A stretch of 64,000 bases of DNA from Eledone cirrhosa (lineage: Eukaryota). Location: contig OZ024748.1 of the NCBI GenBank assembly GCA_964016885.1, positions 47,058,001 to 47,122,000 of the forward strand, given 5' to 3'. Both the position numbers and the translations under genes were made by a program. A model generated the notes under the pieces. That model had not been told where the DNA came from, made no database searches, and saw nothing but the letters and a program-made list of their open reading frames with translations. Shown here in pieces: positions 13,670-28,125 of the stretch (positions are counted from its first letter, which is position 1; each line of letters begins with the position of its first letter).

Positions 13670-15025
13670 TGTTGCTGTGGGACTTCTTTTGGATGTAGTT
13701 GTGATTATTGGTGTTGTGAGCCATCGTGTCATTGCAAGCCTTCTTGGTGGTAGTGGCGTTGTTGTTGGTATTATGGTAGATGGAGGTGATATTGCTTTTA
13801 TCCTGATTATTGTTGTTGTGAGACTTCTTTTGGATGTAGTTGTGATTATTGGTGTTGTGAGCCATCGTGTCATTGCAAGCCTTCTTGGTGGTAGTGGCGT
13901 TGTTGTTGGTATTGTTGTTGGTATTGTGGAGTTGATATTGCTTTTATCCTGATTATTGTTGTTGTGGGGCTTGTTTTGGATGTAGTTGTGATTATTGGTG
14001 TTGTGAATCTTCATGTTGTTGCAAGCCTTCTTGGTAGTACTGGTGTTGTTGTTGGTATTGTTGTTGTTGGTATTGTGGAGTTGATATTGCTTTCATCCTG
14101 ATTATTGTTGTTGTGAGACTTGTTTTGGATGTAGTTGTGATTATTGGTGTTGTGAATCTTCATGTTGTTGCAAGCCTTCTTGGTAGTACTGGTGTTGTTG
14201 TTGGTATTGTTGTTGTTGGTATTGTGGAGTTGATATTGCTTTCATCCTGATTATTGTTGTTGTGAGACTTGTTTTGGATGTAGTTGTGATTATTGGTGTT
14301 GTGAATCTTCATGTTGTTACAAGCCTTCTTGGTAGTACTCGTGTTGTTGTTGTGGAGGTGATATTGCTTTTATCCTGATTATTGTTGTTGTTGTGAGGCT
14401 TGTTTTGGATGTAGTTGTGATTATTGGTGTTGTGAATCTTCATGTTGTTACAAGCCTTCTTGGTAGTACTCGTGTTGTTGTTGTGGAGGTGATATTGCTT
14501 TTATCCTGATTATTGTTGTTGTTGTGAGGCTTGTTTTGGATGTAGTTGTGATTATTGGTGTTGTGAATCTTCATGTTGTTACAAGCCTTCTTGGTATTAC
14601 TCGTGTTGTTGTTGTGGAGGTGATATTGCTTTTATCCTGATTATTGTTGTTGTTGTGAGGCTTGTTTTGGATGTAGTTGTGATTATTGGTGTTGTGAATC
14701 TTCATGTTGTTACAAGCCTTCTTGGTAGTACTCGTGTTGTTGTTGTGGAGGTGATATTGCTTTTATCCTGATTATTGTTGTTGTTGTGAGGCTTGTTTTG
14801 GATGTAGTTGTGATTATTGGTGTTGTGAATCTTCATGTTGTTACAAGCCTTCTTGGTATTACTCGTGTTGTTGTTGTTGTGGAGTTGATATTGCTTTTAT
14901 CCTGATTATTGTTGTTGTTGTGAGGCTTGTTTTGGATGTAGTTGTGATTATTGGTGTCGTGAATCTTCATGTTGTTGCAAGCCTTCTTGGTATTACTCGT
15001 GTTGTTGTTGTTGTGGAGTTGATAT
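13670..15025. repeat. Tandem repeat, about 10 copies of a 131-149 bp unit
   Basis: GGATGTAGTTGTGATTATTGGTGTTGTGA recurs about 10 times between about 13690 and 14940. Confidence 0.9.
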
Positions 15026-15537
15026 TATGGTAAATGAGGGTGATCTTGCTTCTCTTCTGACTATTGTTGTTGTAGGTCATGTTATTGGTGAAATTTTTGT
15101 TCTGAGGGTTTTTGTGGACGAAGAGATATTTGGTGTGTGCGTGTATTTATTTGTGGGTATTGTGGTGCTTGTCAGCTTAATAGATGATTGCTGCAATCAC
15201 TTGTTATTGTTGTTGCTGGTACAGTTATTAATTTTCGCATTCCTTTTGAAGTTGATATCGGTGGAAATCCTTGGTGCTTCTCATTACCGATCATCACATT
15301 TTGGTTTTTGTTACAGCACACTGGCAACAACAATAATGATAAACAGTTGATATTGTTGTGTTTGTTGTTGTTACACCTCTGTTGGACAGCTATTACAGTT
15401 TACTTGTAATTTGCCATTTAATTAACATCAAAGCAAATGTTATTATGTGTAGGTGTCAAACATATGCATACGTACAATTATTTATTTACAAACACACTCA
15501 CACATATATATATATTATATATCTGTGTGTGGTAGAA

Positions 15538-15639
<102 letters not shown>

Positions 15640-15650
15640 TTGCGTGTGTG

Positions 15651-15937
15651 GAGGTACGTGGCCTAGTGGTAAGGGTGTTGGACTTACGATCACAATGTCG
15701 TGTGCTCGATTCCTGGGTTGTGTGTTGTGTTCTTGAGCAAAACACTGCATTTCACGTTGCTCCAGTATACTCAGCTGAAAATGAGTACCAGCAATAGCTG
15801 GAGGTTTAACCCTGCGATAGACTGGCGTCCTGTCCAGGGGGGGGGGGAGTTTTGAACTCTCAGTAGCTTCACGCTATGAAACCGGGAAAACCACCGGCCA
15901 AATGAGCCTTCTGGCTTAAGACAGACTTTAAACTTTA
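15651..15937 (+). mobile_element. Full-length tRNA-derived SINE with CORE/V-like central domains
   Basis: TGGCCTAGTGGTAAG A-box, CTCGATTCC B-box-like, GTGTTCTTGAGCAAAACACT, CCCTGCGATAGACTGGCGTCCTGTCCAGGG, (ACTTTA)-type tail; related 3' fragment at about 31425-31545 (-). Confidence 0.75.
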
Positions 15938-15965
15938 TATTATATATATATATATATATATATAT

Positions 15966-16001
<36 letters not shown>

Positions 16002-16009
16002 TATATATA

Positions 16010-16025
16010 TAAAACCTCGCAAAAC

Positions 16026-16069
<44 letters not shown>

Positions 16070-16407
16070 GTTTTGCGAGGTTTTTGATATGAAATCGTGT
16101 GTCGAAACAAATATTGTTGTACTTGGGGAGGGTCATATTGTTGTAATAATATTTCCAGAAATAATAACAGAACACACTCACTGTGTGGTTGGTTTTCGCT
16201 TCTGTATCTTTTATATCTCCACAGTTAATTCATTTAGTCCTCAATGTTTATCATTGACTGACCAACGGTCAAAAATACAGATATAATATAGATATAAACA
16301 CATATATATAGTCTAACAAAGTTCTTTCGCTGCACATCTGCAACATCATCAGTGGTACTATTATGTTCCACCTGTTATATTGTATGTCTACACCATTTTT
16401 CTGGCAA
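16010..16407 (-). mobile_element. PLE-like non-coding element with a degenerate HHR (family shared with 53753-54082)
   Basis: Homologous to 53753-54050; minus-strand CTGATGA-TGTTGCA..TGCAGC-GAAA at 16325-16352; TA flanks. Confidence 0.6.
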
Positions 16408-16977
16408 ATATATATATATGTATATATATGCATACATACAGACATACATATGTAGTAAGCAGATGTATATACAAATAGTTATGTTTAGGTAGGGAGGGAA
16501 TTTGCGTGTGTGTGTAGATATCATACGGACCTGTAGATGAAATATGTTATTTTTATTGGTTCAACTCACTAGAGTGTGACCATGTTTAGAAACCACTTTC
16601 GGGAGTTTCTACTCGATCATAGAAACCCCAAGACGTACATCCGCCCGGTCTACATCATAACGGTCTTCAAGCTGTTCGATTGGCAAGTTTACAATTTGGG
16701 TCCATAACCGGTCTTACTTTAAACGGTGGAACTGTGCCAAATATATAAACACATGGAAAAACACACTCTTAAAAACAGCCCCCCCCCCCATATATATATA
16801 TATATCGAATGTAGAAAAGTAACACACGAGGTGATATATATAAAAACAAATAGTAGAAAGGAAAAAGAATCTTTCAGTGGAAAATGTTGAGATTTTTTTC
16901 AGTGAGATATCAAAATTTATTTACAAGACAATCTGTCTCTCGCTTGTGATTGTTTATGAAGACCACACACTCAGTTG

Positions 16978-17030
<53 letters not shown>

Positions 17031-17271
17031 CATACACGGTGTTCCTAAAAATGTACACACACACCAACAGGATTTTAATAACTATTGCCTGTAGAGGTAA
17101 TCAAAGTGTGTATACATTTTTTGAGAGACCCTGCATATATATATAAATATATATATATAAATAAATAAATACATATGTTACTGAAAATGTTTCTATTTTT
17201 TATATTGTTTTTGTAAAAACGATATCTATTTCATATATGAATTAATATATGTGTGCGTGTGTAAATATATA

Positions 17272-18119
17272 ATAATTGTTTCTGCTTTCGGCACAAGGCC
17301 AGCAATTACCCCAGTACATTACTGGTATTTTATTTTATCGACCCCGTAAGGATGAAAGGCAAAATTAACCTCGGCAGGTTTTGAACTCAGTCCGTAAAGG
17401 CACATAACTATGTTGCAAAGCATGGCGTGCGACCCTCTACCGATACTGCCAATCTACCAATATAGGGTCGCACACCATCGTGTCTTATATAGGCACAAGG
17501 CCAACAATTTTTAGGGACAGGAAGTTGAATAAATAGACCCCAGTACGCTGCTTGTACGTTATCTTATCGACCACGTGAGATGAAAAGCTAAGCTAACCTC
17601 AGCGGGATTTGAACTCAGAATGTAGAGATCCCGAACTATCTCACAGAGGAGGTTGTCCGATGCTCCACCGATACTGCCAATCCACCACCCTTTATTAATA
17701 ACTGTTCTTACTTTAGGCACAAGGCCAACTTTTATTAATAACAATAATTGTTTCTACTTTAGGCACAAAGCCAGCAAATTTGGGGAAGGCGGAAGTTGAT
17801 TAAATCGACCCCAGTGTATTACTGGTACTTTATTTTATCGACCCCGTAAGGATGAAAAACAAAGTTAACCTCGGCGGGAACTCAAAACGTAACCTCGCCG
17901 TAATTAACGTTGCCTTTAGGGTGGATAAAATAATTGTTTCTACTTTAGGCACAAGGCCAGCAATTATCCAGTGCATTACTGGTACTTTATTTTATCGACC
18001 CCGTAAGGATGAAAGGCAAAGTCAACCTCGGCGGGATTTGAACTCAGATCGTAAAGGGACGTAACTATGTTGGAAAGCATGGCGTCCGACCCTCTACCGA
18101 TACTGCCAATCCACCGCCC
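17272..18119 (-). mobile_element. Cluster of four tandem Meta-like tRNA SINE copies (about 17272-17458, 17490-17690, 17744-17885, 17929-18119)
   Basis: Minus strand GGCGGTGGATTGGCAGTATCGG (A-box), GAGTTCAAATCC (B-box), GGTTGACTTTGCCTTTCATCCTTACGGGGTCGATAAAATAAAGTACC (Meta/Sauria-like core). Confidence 0.85.
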
Positions 18120-19383
18120 TTAGGGTGGATAAAATAATAATAATAATTTGCTGGTCTATCTGCTGTCACAATGTTTGAAAAAAAAATGCTCAAACACTGT
18201 CTTTCGAGTATCAAAACAAAACAAAAACAAAACAGAAATGCAACTAATACTATGACATACCTCGGTAGTAATATATATCCGACATTTAAGTCTTGCAACA
18301 CATGACCAAAAGTGTTCATGTGAGCTGGAGATTATGGTACATACACAGAGAAACACGGATAACGAGGCGCTCAGATGAGAACATTTTAGCTGGTTCTAGC
18401 CGACAGAAAAAAAAGGTTTGTTTGCGGTGGGAGGAGGATACCAAGATGAAACAATACAAAACTATTCCCGTGAAAAGAAAAGAGGTGTGTCACGATAAAA
18501 TATGCAAATTAACAAAAGAAGCAATGGGAGAAAACACGTGCCTCACGCGTTCTAATATAATATTGGCAATCAAATAGAAATGTTAAACTTATTGGTAATG
18601 TGCCGCCGAAATGGGCGTTACTGCTCGTCCATCACAGATTCTGTGAAAATAGTCAGACGCTATCCTTGCAGTCTAAAAAAAACAAAAATCAAAAACAAAC
18701 AGCATACCTATGTAGAAATGAATGTACGACATTTAAGTCAATGGTGTGGTCTCGTACCCCCTAATGGAGTTGTAGGGGCTCCATATTGAAATTCGGCATT
18801 TCAAGGGCATTTTTTGTGGGATATATCTCCTCTCTATATCTGAATACAGCAGATTTCCTCCAGAGGAGCTTAGGGCGTAGACAATGGGAAAATTAAACTG
18901 AGGATTAAAAGAGATATAGAGGAAGAATCAAACCCAGTGCTTCAATAGTATTTTTGTCGAACTCAAATTTATGAAAAACAAAGTTAACCACGATAGGATG
19001 TCAAATGTGAGAGTCGAGTGCTGGGACGAATACCGCAAAGCTTTCCATCCTGTATTGTAACGACACTGCCAACTCACCTCCTCACGATATTTAAGTCATA
19101 CAGTACAAAACAAAAAGATAAAGTCAGACATAAAAAACACCCCGAAAGAAGTGGTTATAATAGGGGCGGAAACCAAGTGGTGCACATCAAGACAAAACAA
19201 TGTGACAATATTCGCGTGAAAAGAAAGTTAATGTGTCACGATCATATAAGAAACTAAACAAGAGAAGAGGTGCTCCAAGATGGACCAGCAGGACGTCAGT
19301 AGATGTCGAAACTGTGAATGCCGATTTCTAATGTCGATGAACATAGAGATTATTAGTTGTTTTTATTTTATTTTATTATTAAC

Positions 19384-20020
19384 GTAGCAGTGGTACCCGG
19401 TGTTGCACGGGATAAGGTATTTTGGAACGCGGGCCGCCAATAGACCTAAAAACTGCATGCCTGGAGAATATGTAAAGAAAATAAACCGAATACTTACATG
19501 GCTGGATAATCTTTAAGATTTTCCTCAATGAAGCAGGAAAAATGCAGGTTTTCACCAAATGCGGGCCCTAGGGGATCAAGAAAATGAATTTTTTTTATGT
19601 GCATAATATGCCTTGAAATTTCGGGAAAATTGGCTAGACGTAACGCTTCCAAAAAGCCCTTAGAAGCTGAAAAAATGAAGTTTTTCACCTAATTCGGGCC
19701 CTAGGCCATAAGAAAGTTGGATTTTCTTTCCTTACGGTATGAAGAAGAGACTGACTAATACATAGTTACCATTTCAAGGAAATCGGTCTGACGTAACGCC
19801 TCAAAAGACCCCTAAAAATATTAAACAACGCAGTTTTTCACCTAATGCGGGCCCTAGGAGATAAAAAAAGTTGAATTTTTTTATGTGCATAACACTCCCT
19901 GAAACATAAGTAATACACATGTAAAGTATGAAAAATGTCGGTTGGGTACTTCTCGTGTTTTAGGGATTCAAACTCACACACACACAGACAGACATCCTCA
20001 GTTTTATATATATATATAGA
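19384..20020 (-). mobile_element. Non-autonomous Helitron
   Basis: Minus strand starts A|TCTATATATA; ends with the CCCGTGCAACACCGGG hairpin and a mutated CTAG; internal subrepeats; homolog at 36763. Confidence 0.8.
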
Positions 20021-20105
20021 TATTATAATATCACAGGTAACACATGAACAGAGAGAAGCAGAGAGGCAAACACAGACAAAGTAACTCTCTCCCTCATTCT
20101 CACTG

Positions 20106-20138
<33 letters not shown>

Positions 20139-21035
20139 CGACGCGGGTCAGAAAAGTTCCAGGACTGATGTCACAAAAGATTTATTTCAAACCCAAATTT
20201 CTCACTAAGAGTTTTCTCCTTCAACGTAATCACGCTGGAATCTAATGCACTTTTCCATCCTTTTCTGTCACGCTTGCATGCACTCCTGGAAGGATTTTCC
20301 GGGATCCTCCGCAGTTCCGTCGTTACGGCCTGTTTGATGTCGTCCACGTCTTCAAAACGGGTCCCCTCCGGGTCGTACTCGAAGATCCATAACTCATCAC
20401 CGGTGATGGCTGTCCCTAGCAAGTCTGGTTCGGTTTCAAGATGCTCAAGGATGTCCTGGCTCACTTGCATGCGTCGACCCTTCTGGTCACCGTTCAGCAG
20501 TTTTGGCCCCATCTTCGCACAGACTTTCCGCATGTCCCAATCTTCAGTGAGAATCTTCCAGAATCTGTCCCGATTCATGCCCAGCTCATTTGCCATCAGT
20601 CGAACAGTCAGCCGACGATCGCTACGCACCATCTGCTCTGACGCGCTCAACGTTGTCCTCAGTCCTGATTGTTGAGGGCCTTCCGCTCCTGGGGTCATCT
20701 TCCACGTCCTTGCGTCCTTATTTAAACCTCTTGCACCACTGAAAAACACGTGAGCGTAACATCGTCTCATCTCCATACACTTGCTGCAGCAATCCCAGTG
20801 CTCCTGACGGAGTTTTCAAGTTTGTTCGTTGCTCTGCGCTCATTGCTTGACGACCTGAAACAGAGGACATGTATATCAAATTATGAAGAAAAAAGTTTGA
20901 TCGTTGCAGAGAGCTAAGATTACAGTTACATACTCCAGGGAGATTACTTTGAAGGAGAAAACTCTTAGTATGAAGTATGAGGTTTGAAATAAATCTTTTG
21001 TGACATCAGTCCTGGAACTTTTCTGACACACCTTG
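20139..21035 (-). mobile_element. Mariner DNA transposon, internally deleted
   Basis: TA flanks; inverted ends TCAGAAAAGTTCCAGGACTGATGTCACAAAAGATTTATTTCAAACC extending about 95 bp. Confidence 0.92.
20171..20830 (-). pseudogene. Mariner transposase remnant
   Basis: SDRRLTVR HTH, MRKVCAKMGPKLL, ITGDELWIFEYDPE joined directly to GTRFEDVDDIK; second catalytic Asp and the YSPDLAP region are deleted. Confidence 0.9.
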
Positions 21036-21074
21036 TATATATATAGAAGTGGTTACACAATGGTTTGTTCACCA

Positions 21075-21117
21075 TACTGAGAACAATTGTTTCACCTTAG
21101 CGGATCTTCAGCTCGTA
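21075..21117 (-). ncRNA. Minimal type I hammerhead ribozyme
   Basis: TACGAG-CTGAAGA-TCCGCTAAGGT-GAAA-CAATTG-TT-CTCAGTA; helix II weak. Confidence 0.65.
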
Positions 21118-21165
21118 ATGGACTGAGTGCTCTACCACTACGGATATTACCTTCCAGTGTTCTAC

Positions 21166-21204
<39 letters not shown>

Positions 21205-22342
21205 ATTTAATACAATAACAGAGATAGTTTAAAGCTAAACTCTGACTGGTAACCATCTCACTCAACAAACATTAGGTTATATTTAAATATAAACCCAATT
21301 TAAGTGTTTGGGGTGCTAACAATATGTATAATGTGGAAAAATCAGTGGTATTATTTAATTAGATATAATTAAAGTTAAAGTATATCTCTCTTTCCAAACA
21401 ATTGTTTCATTATAAGTTTTCTACAAGTTGGGATAATATTTCCAGTGTATGTAGAAGCCTAATATATATTCATGCAAGAATATATTTAGGTGGGCGCTTA
21501 TAAATCATCAGTGGAAGCCCGTTAAACTTTGAGTAAGAGAAGAATTTCTTACCGCTGTCAAAAATCGTGTCTGTTAAGTTGCTCCCTCCCGCCTCGAATG
21601 ACCGCCAAATTTGAAATTCCAGCAGTTTTTGACTGAGGAAGTATCATAGCGACATGAAGCGGGAAGGGGAGATAACTACGATCCACGAAATGAGGAAAAA
21701 AAAATAATATACACGCGGGTTAATTAGTTTTTTTGAAAACATTATCAATCCAACGTGTTAAGAACTCATTTGAAAAAATATATATATATATATGCTTGTA
21801 TAAATTACACACGCATATAGATATTTTCTTAGGCTAAATCAGAAGTTGTACCCGAATAAGAACCGCATCTCATAACCGCAGCAAATACAGAGTGTTATGC
21901 TGTTATGCTTTAAAGGGCAAATGGGAATGTAAATCTCCGGCCGAATTAAGAGTAAAATATAAAACACACGCGGGTTAATTAGTTATTTCAAAACCAATAT
22001 TAATTCCTCGTGTAAAGAACTCAATTAATAAAAGAAAATAAATGTATGCATGTAATTATATACATAGGCATATATATATATGTTCTTAGGCTAAAAAACA
22101 GAGAAGTTACAACAAAAAAAAACCCACAACATTTCACAACAGTAATAAATACGGAAAGTCAAATTCATAAGGTACCTGGAAATAAACACCTCTGGCCAAT
22201 CAAGAGTAAATATTTAATACAATAACAGAGATAGTTTAAAGCTAAACTCTGACTGGTAACCATCTCACTCAACAAACATTAGGTTATATTTAAATATAAA
22301 CCCAATTTAAGTGTTTGGGGTGCTAACAATATGTATAATGTG

Positions 22343-22345
<3 letters not shown>
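21205..22345 (-). mobile_element. Non-coding HHR element with 134-bp terminal direct repeats (1007-nt period)
   Basis: 21205-21338 identical to 22212-22345; (TA)n flanks; internal dimer of about 255 bp starting ACACGCGGGTTAATTAG at about 21711 and 21966. Confidence 0.8.
21392..21516 (-). ncRNA. Type I hammerhead with a large branched helix II insert
   Basis: TTCCA-CTGATGA-TTTATAA...TTATAAT-GAAA-CAATTG-TT-TGGAA; insert holds the hairpins CCTAAATATAT/ATATATTAGG and TTCTACA/TGTAGAA. Confidence 0.75.
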
Positions 22346-22397
<52 letters not shown>

Positions 22398-22437
22398 TTC
22401 AAAATATCAACAAAATAGATATTCTTGTGATCAATTA

Positions 22438-22504
22438 TATTTTATTATACATATTTCCGAGGTACTGAGTTAAGTTCAACAGTACGTCCTTATCAGATAA
22501 AATA
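22438..22504 (-). ncRNA. Hammerhead with a G8A core mutation
   Basis: TATTTTAT-CTGATAA-GGAC-GTACTG/CAGTAC-..GAAA-TATGTA-TA-ATAAAATA; related to 4099. Confidence 0.55.
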
Positions 22505-23084
22505 AGATGATGCATCACATACCCTGACAAAGTAGATGGTTAAGATTCAGTCATGGTAGTGATTAACATATGACAAAACTCAATATTTATACCCTAATAT
22601 TGAGAACATGAGATAACATAATACAACCAATAGAGAGGGTGCTTTAAAAAAAACATGGCATCAATATAACAGTTAAACATTTTTTTTTTAAACTACTGAA
22701 GAAAGAGGAGGGAAAGGAAAGCATAGAGGAAGAAACAGCTGATGTGATTATATATTTAATAGGTGGCTCGAAAAAACAAATGAAAGTTGATTAAACAGAG
22801 AGAGAGAGACAAAGGGGAGTAATTTATGTTCAAGTTTATATATAATTTTCCATATATGCAACATATATCCAAATTAATATAGTTGGCCGTTAATATTCAA
22901 AATATTTAATTTAAATTATTTCAGAGTAATGAATAATATTTTAGGTTTTAAAATTAATAAATATTTGTATTAATATTATAATTATGTTTAATTTCTAAAA
23001 TTCAAATTTTATGAAAACAAATTTAAAGGATTTACGAGACACGAGAAAGAATATATATAATGTTTTATACCCCCACGAAGGTAA

Positions 23085-23392
23085 TCTTTACCAAAATTAT
23101 TTATTTATAATATTGACAACAGTTTATATAATATAATTTATTAAATAATTATAGTTATAATGCTTAAAGGATCAACCGGCCTTATAACTAAAGTTAAAGA
23201 AGTCTGAATGTTTAATTATATATATGTGTTGATCAAAAAATATAAAAGAATTATAGTTTATTATTTGTTTATAATTGAGGTGATACCTTTCAAATATATA
23301 TAACATAATACGATAATACAATATAGTAAATAAGTTACTGAAAATATTGTTAAAAAAATACATATACACAGTTAAAAAATATTGTTAAAAAA
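23085..23392 (+). mobile_element. Inverted duplicate of Penelope sequence at about 24945-25265
   Basis: TAAAGGATCAACCGGCCTTATAACTAAA here is the reverse complement of TTTAGTTATAAGGCCGGTTGATCCTTTA near 25135. Confidence 0.75.
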
Positions 23393-24393
23393 TTAATGTT
23401 TCATATCAATTATTTTCATTTAGTTGATATATACTATAAACATATAAGTCAAAACTACATGAGTCCTAATGATAGGGGCTAGTTACAAAATAAATATACA
23501 AATAAAAGGTAATGAATTGTTTGCGAAACTTAAAGATGCCCAATATTAAAAATATATATTATAAATGTAATATGGTTTTAATATAGTAGACAACAAATAC
23601 ATCTAAAATATGTTAGCTAATGTGATAGAAAGAGGAGCTAAATATGTGAAAAAGCCGAAGGTAATCTAAATTTAATTAAAATAAAATAAGTTAAATTAAA
23701 TTATATTATATTAAGTAAAAATCATTATATAAATTCGAACTTCCAGGGAATATCAAACACTTATAACAATATAGTCAATTGAGTGTCTAAATTATTTATA
23801 AATGTAACTACGAGTATGTTATTACACAAGGTAAAGATATTTGTACAACTATATAGAGATATTAGTATAGGTATTAATGAAACGGTGTACATTTAATTAA
23901 TAAATAATTATAATCATTATTAGTAATGCTATAATTGCAGTTTTACCTCCAGCTCAGTGGAGAGAGAGAGACCAATATTTGTCGACTATTATGGTTTGTT
24001 ATATTTATACCTAGATATATATAACAAATATATATAAAAAAATAAATAAATGCAAATCTAACTTTCTGAGTCCCCCAAAACATACTCAAAATGAGTAAAA
24101 TATGTAAAATATGCAAACGCATGAATGATCCACAGTTCAATTATAATCAGTAAATTTACAAGTTAAATATCCAAATTATATATTTAAAACATAGACAGAT
24201 AAATAAAGATCTGAATCAAAATTATAAATATCACAAAAAACCATAAGGTATGCATATTTATCAAGTAAACAAGTTATCAAAAGAGTATCCTTCATTCTAA
24301 CATTAATTCTATCATAAATGATTAGAAGATAAAGCATGATTAAAATGTTATAAACCGTTATGACTTTGTAGGCCCAACAGTTGATAAGAGACG

Positions 24394-24855
24394 TCAAAAA
24401 TTAAGGCCTGATTGTTTAGTGTTTTTTCCTGACTTTTTGAAAGGCCTGGAATGTAGACAAAGCTTTATGAAGGCAGTTTGAGAATAATTCACTTTTTTGT
24501 TAATTAAGTTTTCATAATTAGTAATTATTAATAGGGTCTCGTTTGTGCAGAGGTTGCAGTTAGTTGATATAGATGAGTTCGTATATATTTTACTATTACA
24601 AAGCTTCGTCCAAAAGATCGAGTATTTTAAATGTTTGTCTTTTAATGACCATATAAGTTGTGATAAAGTAGTCGAAGACTTCCTATTAAAATTCGAAAAT
24701 GAGCATTTGTCATTCGCAAATCTTGATTTAAATGTCGACGAATTTGCTCCTATGTAGTTGTATGTGTTGTTATTTGTTTTTACGGTGCATTTATACACCA
24801 GATTTCTATACATACAATTATTTTGCATAGGGGAATCTGGTTTATTTCTACAATT
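24394..24855 (-). pseudogene. Penelope-like GIY-YIG endonuclease domain
   Basis: NCM..NLVYKCTV..YIGA..TFKSRF...TTLSQLIWSLK...CNLCTNE: VY/YIG motifs with the flanking Cys pattern of PLE endonucleases; upstream frame disrupted. Confidence 0.85.
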
Positions 24856-25689
24856 ACATTTCGATTTATTATTATTTATATTAACACTATTATAAATAGT
24901 ATTATGTCGATTTTGGTTTAGGATTATCCTATTTAGGATTTAACAATATTTTTTAACAGTATATATGTATTTTTTTAACACTATTTTCAGTAACTTATTT
25001 ACTATATGTATTATCGTATTATATTATATATATTTGAAAGGTATCACCTCAATTATAAACAAATATTAAACTATAATCCTTGTATATTTTTTGATCAACA
25101 CATATATATAATTAAAAATTCAGACTTCTTTAAGTTTAGTTATAAGGCCGGTTGATCCTTTAGGCACTCAAACTATTTAACAATAAATTCTTTAATAATT
25201 ATAACTATAATTATTTTATAAATTATATTATATAAACTGTTGTCAATATTATAAATAAATATTAATAACTCTGGAAAACCTTTTTTGTTGAGGGCTTCCA
25301 ATCTATTGTAAAACTCATTCTTTGATGTATTCATTGAACCTTGTTTAACTTTTAAATATATATGTAAAAAGTAAACAGAAAAGAAAATATAACGAAACAA
25401 ACAGCATTATACATGGAAGAAGTATATTAGTTTAACGCTAAAATATACATACATATTTATATTTGCATATATTTATGTATGTGTGTATATGTATATATAT
25501 ATATATTCGAAAGTAATGTTTTTAATATATGCCACACAGGTAAAAATATACGAGAAACAAGTTGAAAACGCAATTGGAGTCGTTAAGTATTTTCATTGAT
25601 AATAGCTTATATTTTACTGTAAATAAACCTTATGACAGACTCCAATTCCATTTTCAACTCTCCCATATATATATTTATGCACATATATG

Positions 25690-25724
<35 letters not shown>

Positions 25725-25995
25725 GGGGTGTATGTTAGTCTGTGTCTGTATGCGACGGTCGATTGTGGTTTCCGTCAACCACATTCAACGAGGATATATT
25801 AAAATATACCACGCAGCGTGACTGAACCCAGAATGATATAGTTAGGTAACGAACACCTTCACATATATATATAATATATTTATATAAAACATATATCATA
25901 CACAAAGCACCAGCACCAACATGAATGGACCTGTTATTTTTATCTAAAGGCATTTTTTCAAATTCCAACCGCAATCTAACTTATTTCTCATTCTT

Positions 25996-26031
25996 TCTTC
26001 TGATGAAAGACTAGCGTCCGAAACGTTAAGA
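25996..26031 (+). ncRNA. Minimal type I hammerhead (decayed paralog at about 53005-53040)
   Basis: TCTT-CTGATGA-AAGAC TAGC GTCC-GAAA-CG-TT-AAGA; flank about 25975-26110 is homologous to 52985-53135. Confidence 0.65.
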
Positions 26032-26158
26032 CTCTCTTTGTACTATATCAAGCGTTAACCTAATATATCCCTTCAATATACTCTACCGATTGTGTTGTTA
26101 TTTCTGTTTACCTTTTACACACACACACACGCACGCACGCACGCACGCTGCACGCACG

Positions 26159-26226
<68 letters not shown>

Positions 26227-26234
26227 TACACACA

Positions 26235-26325
<91 letters not shown>

Positions 26326-26331
<6 letters not shown>

Positions 26332-26681
26332 GTGAGGTTTTTTTTACAAAATGAAAAATAACCGAGGTGTCCTACACGAGTGAAAGTATAAAGAAAAAGA
26401 GATGAAATCGAAAATGCAACTGGAGTCTTATTTTTTTTTTAAATATATATATTTATTTGATTCCTTTACCGATTTCGCAGTTCTTCTGCTTTTCAAAAGG
26501 TGAGTTGAGATGGAGGGTCTGTGGTTTTTCTCACATCTGTGTAAGAAAAACCACAGACCCTCCATCTCAACTCACCTTTTGAAAAGCAGAAGAACTGCGA
26601 AACCGGTAAAGGAACCAAATAAATATATATATTTTTTTTTAAAATAAGACTCCAGTTGCATTTTCGATTTCATCTCTTTTT

Positions 26682-26688
<7 letters not shown>
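26326..26688 (-). mobile_element. Fold-back PLE-like element in (TA)n
   Basis: Near-perfect arms of about 145 bp spanning 26387-26688, centred near 26537, plus a 60-bp unique tail abutting (TA)n. Confidence 0.75.
26575..26612 (+). ncRNA. Hammerhead with a U3-A8 variant core (mirror copy at 26463-26500, -)
   Basis: CCTT-TTGAAAA-GCAG aagaa CTGC-GAAA-CCGG-TA-AAGG. Confidence 0.7.
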
Positions 26689-26723
<35 letters not shown>

Positions 26724-26877
26724 TAAAATAACAGATTAAAGTTTAAGCAAAGAATCGCTGCTTTCACCCTTAAATTTCAGAAGATCCCGTTATATTTCTC
26801 TACGGTTCTTATATATTTGATATATATTTATCCTTATCGAGCCCTCTTTGGATTTTAGTCTTCAAATTTATTATTAT

Positions 26878-26916
<39 letters not shown>

Positions 26917-27109
26917 TGTGTGTATATATGTATGTAGGCATATATGTAAGTATATCATTAATATAGCCATCACTGAAAATTCATGATTTAAATAGGACAT
27001 AATAATGAAAATCGATAGAGTTTGACATGTTGTCATATTATTATAACTAAATTACTCCCAAATGTCCAACATTTTATATCGTCCATTAATAGACCTATGA
27101 TAGAATACA

Positions 27110-28125
<1,016 letters not shown>

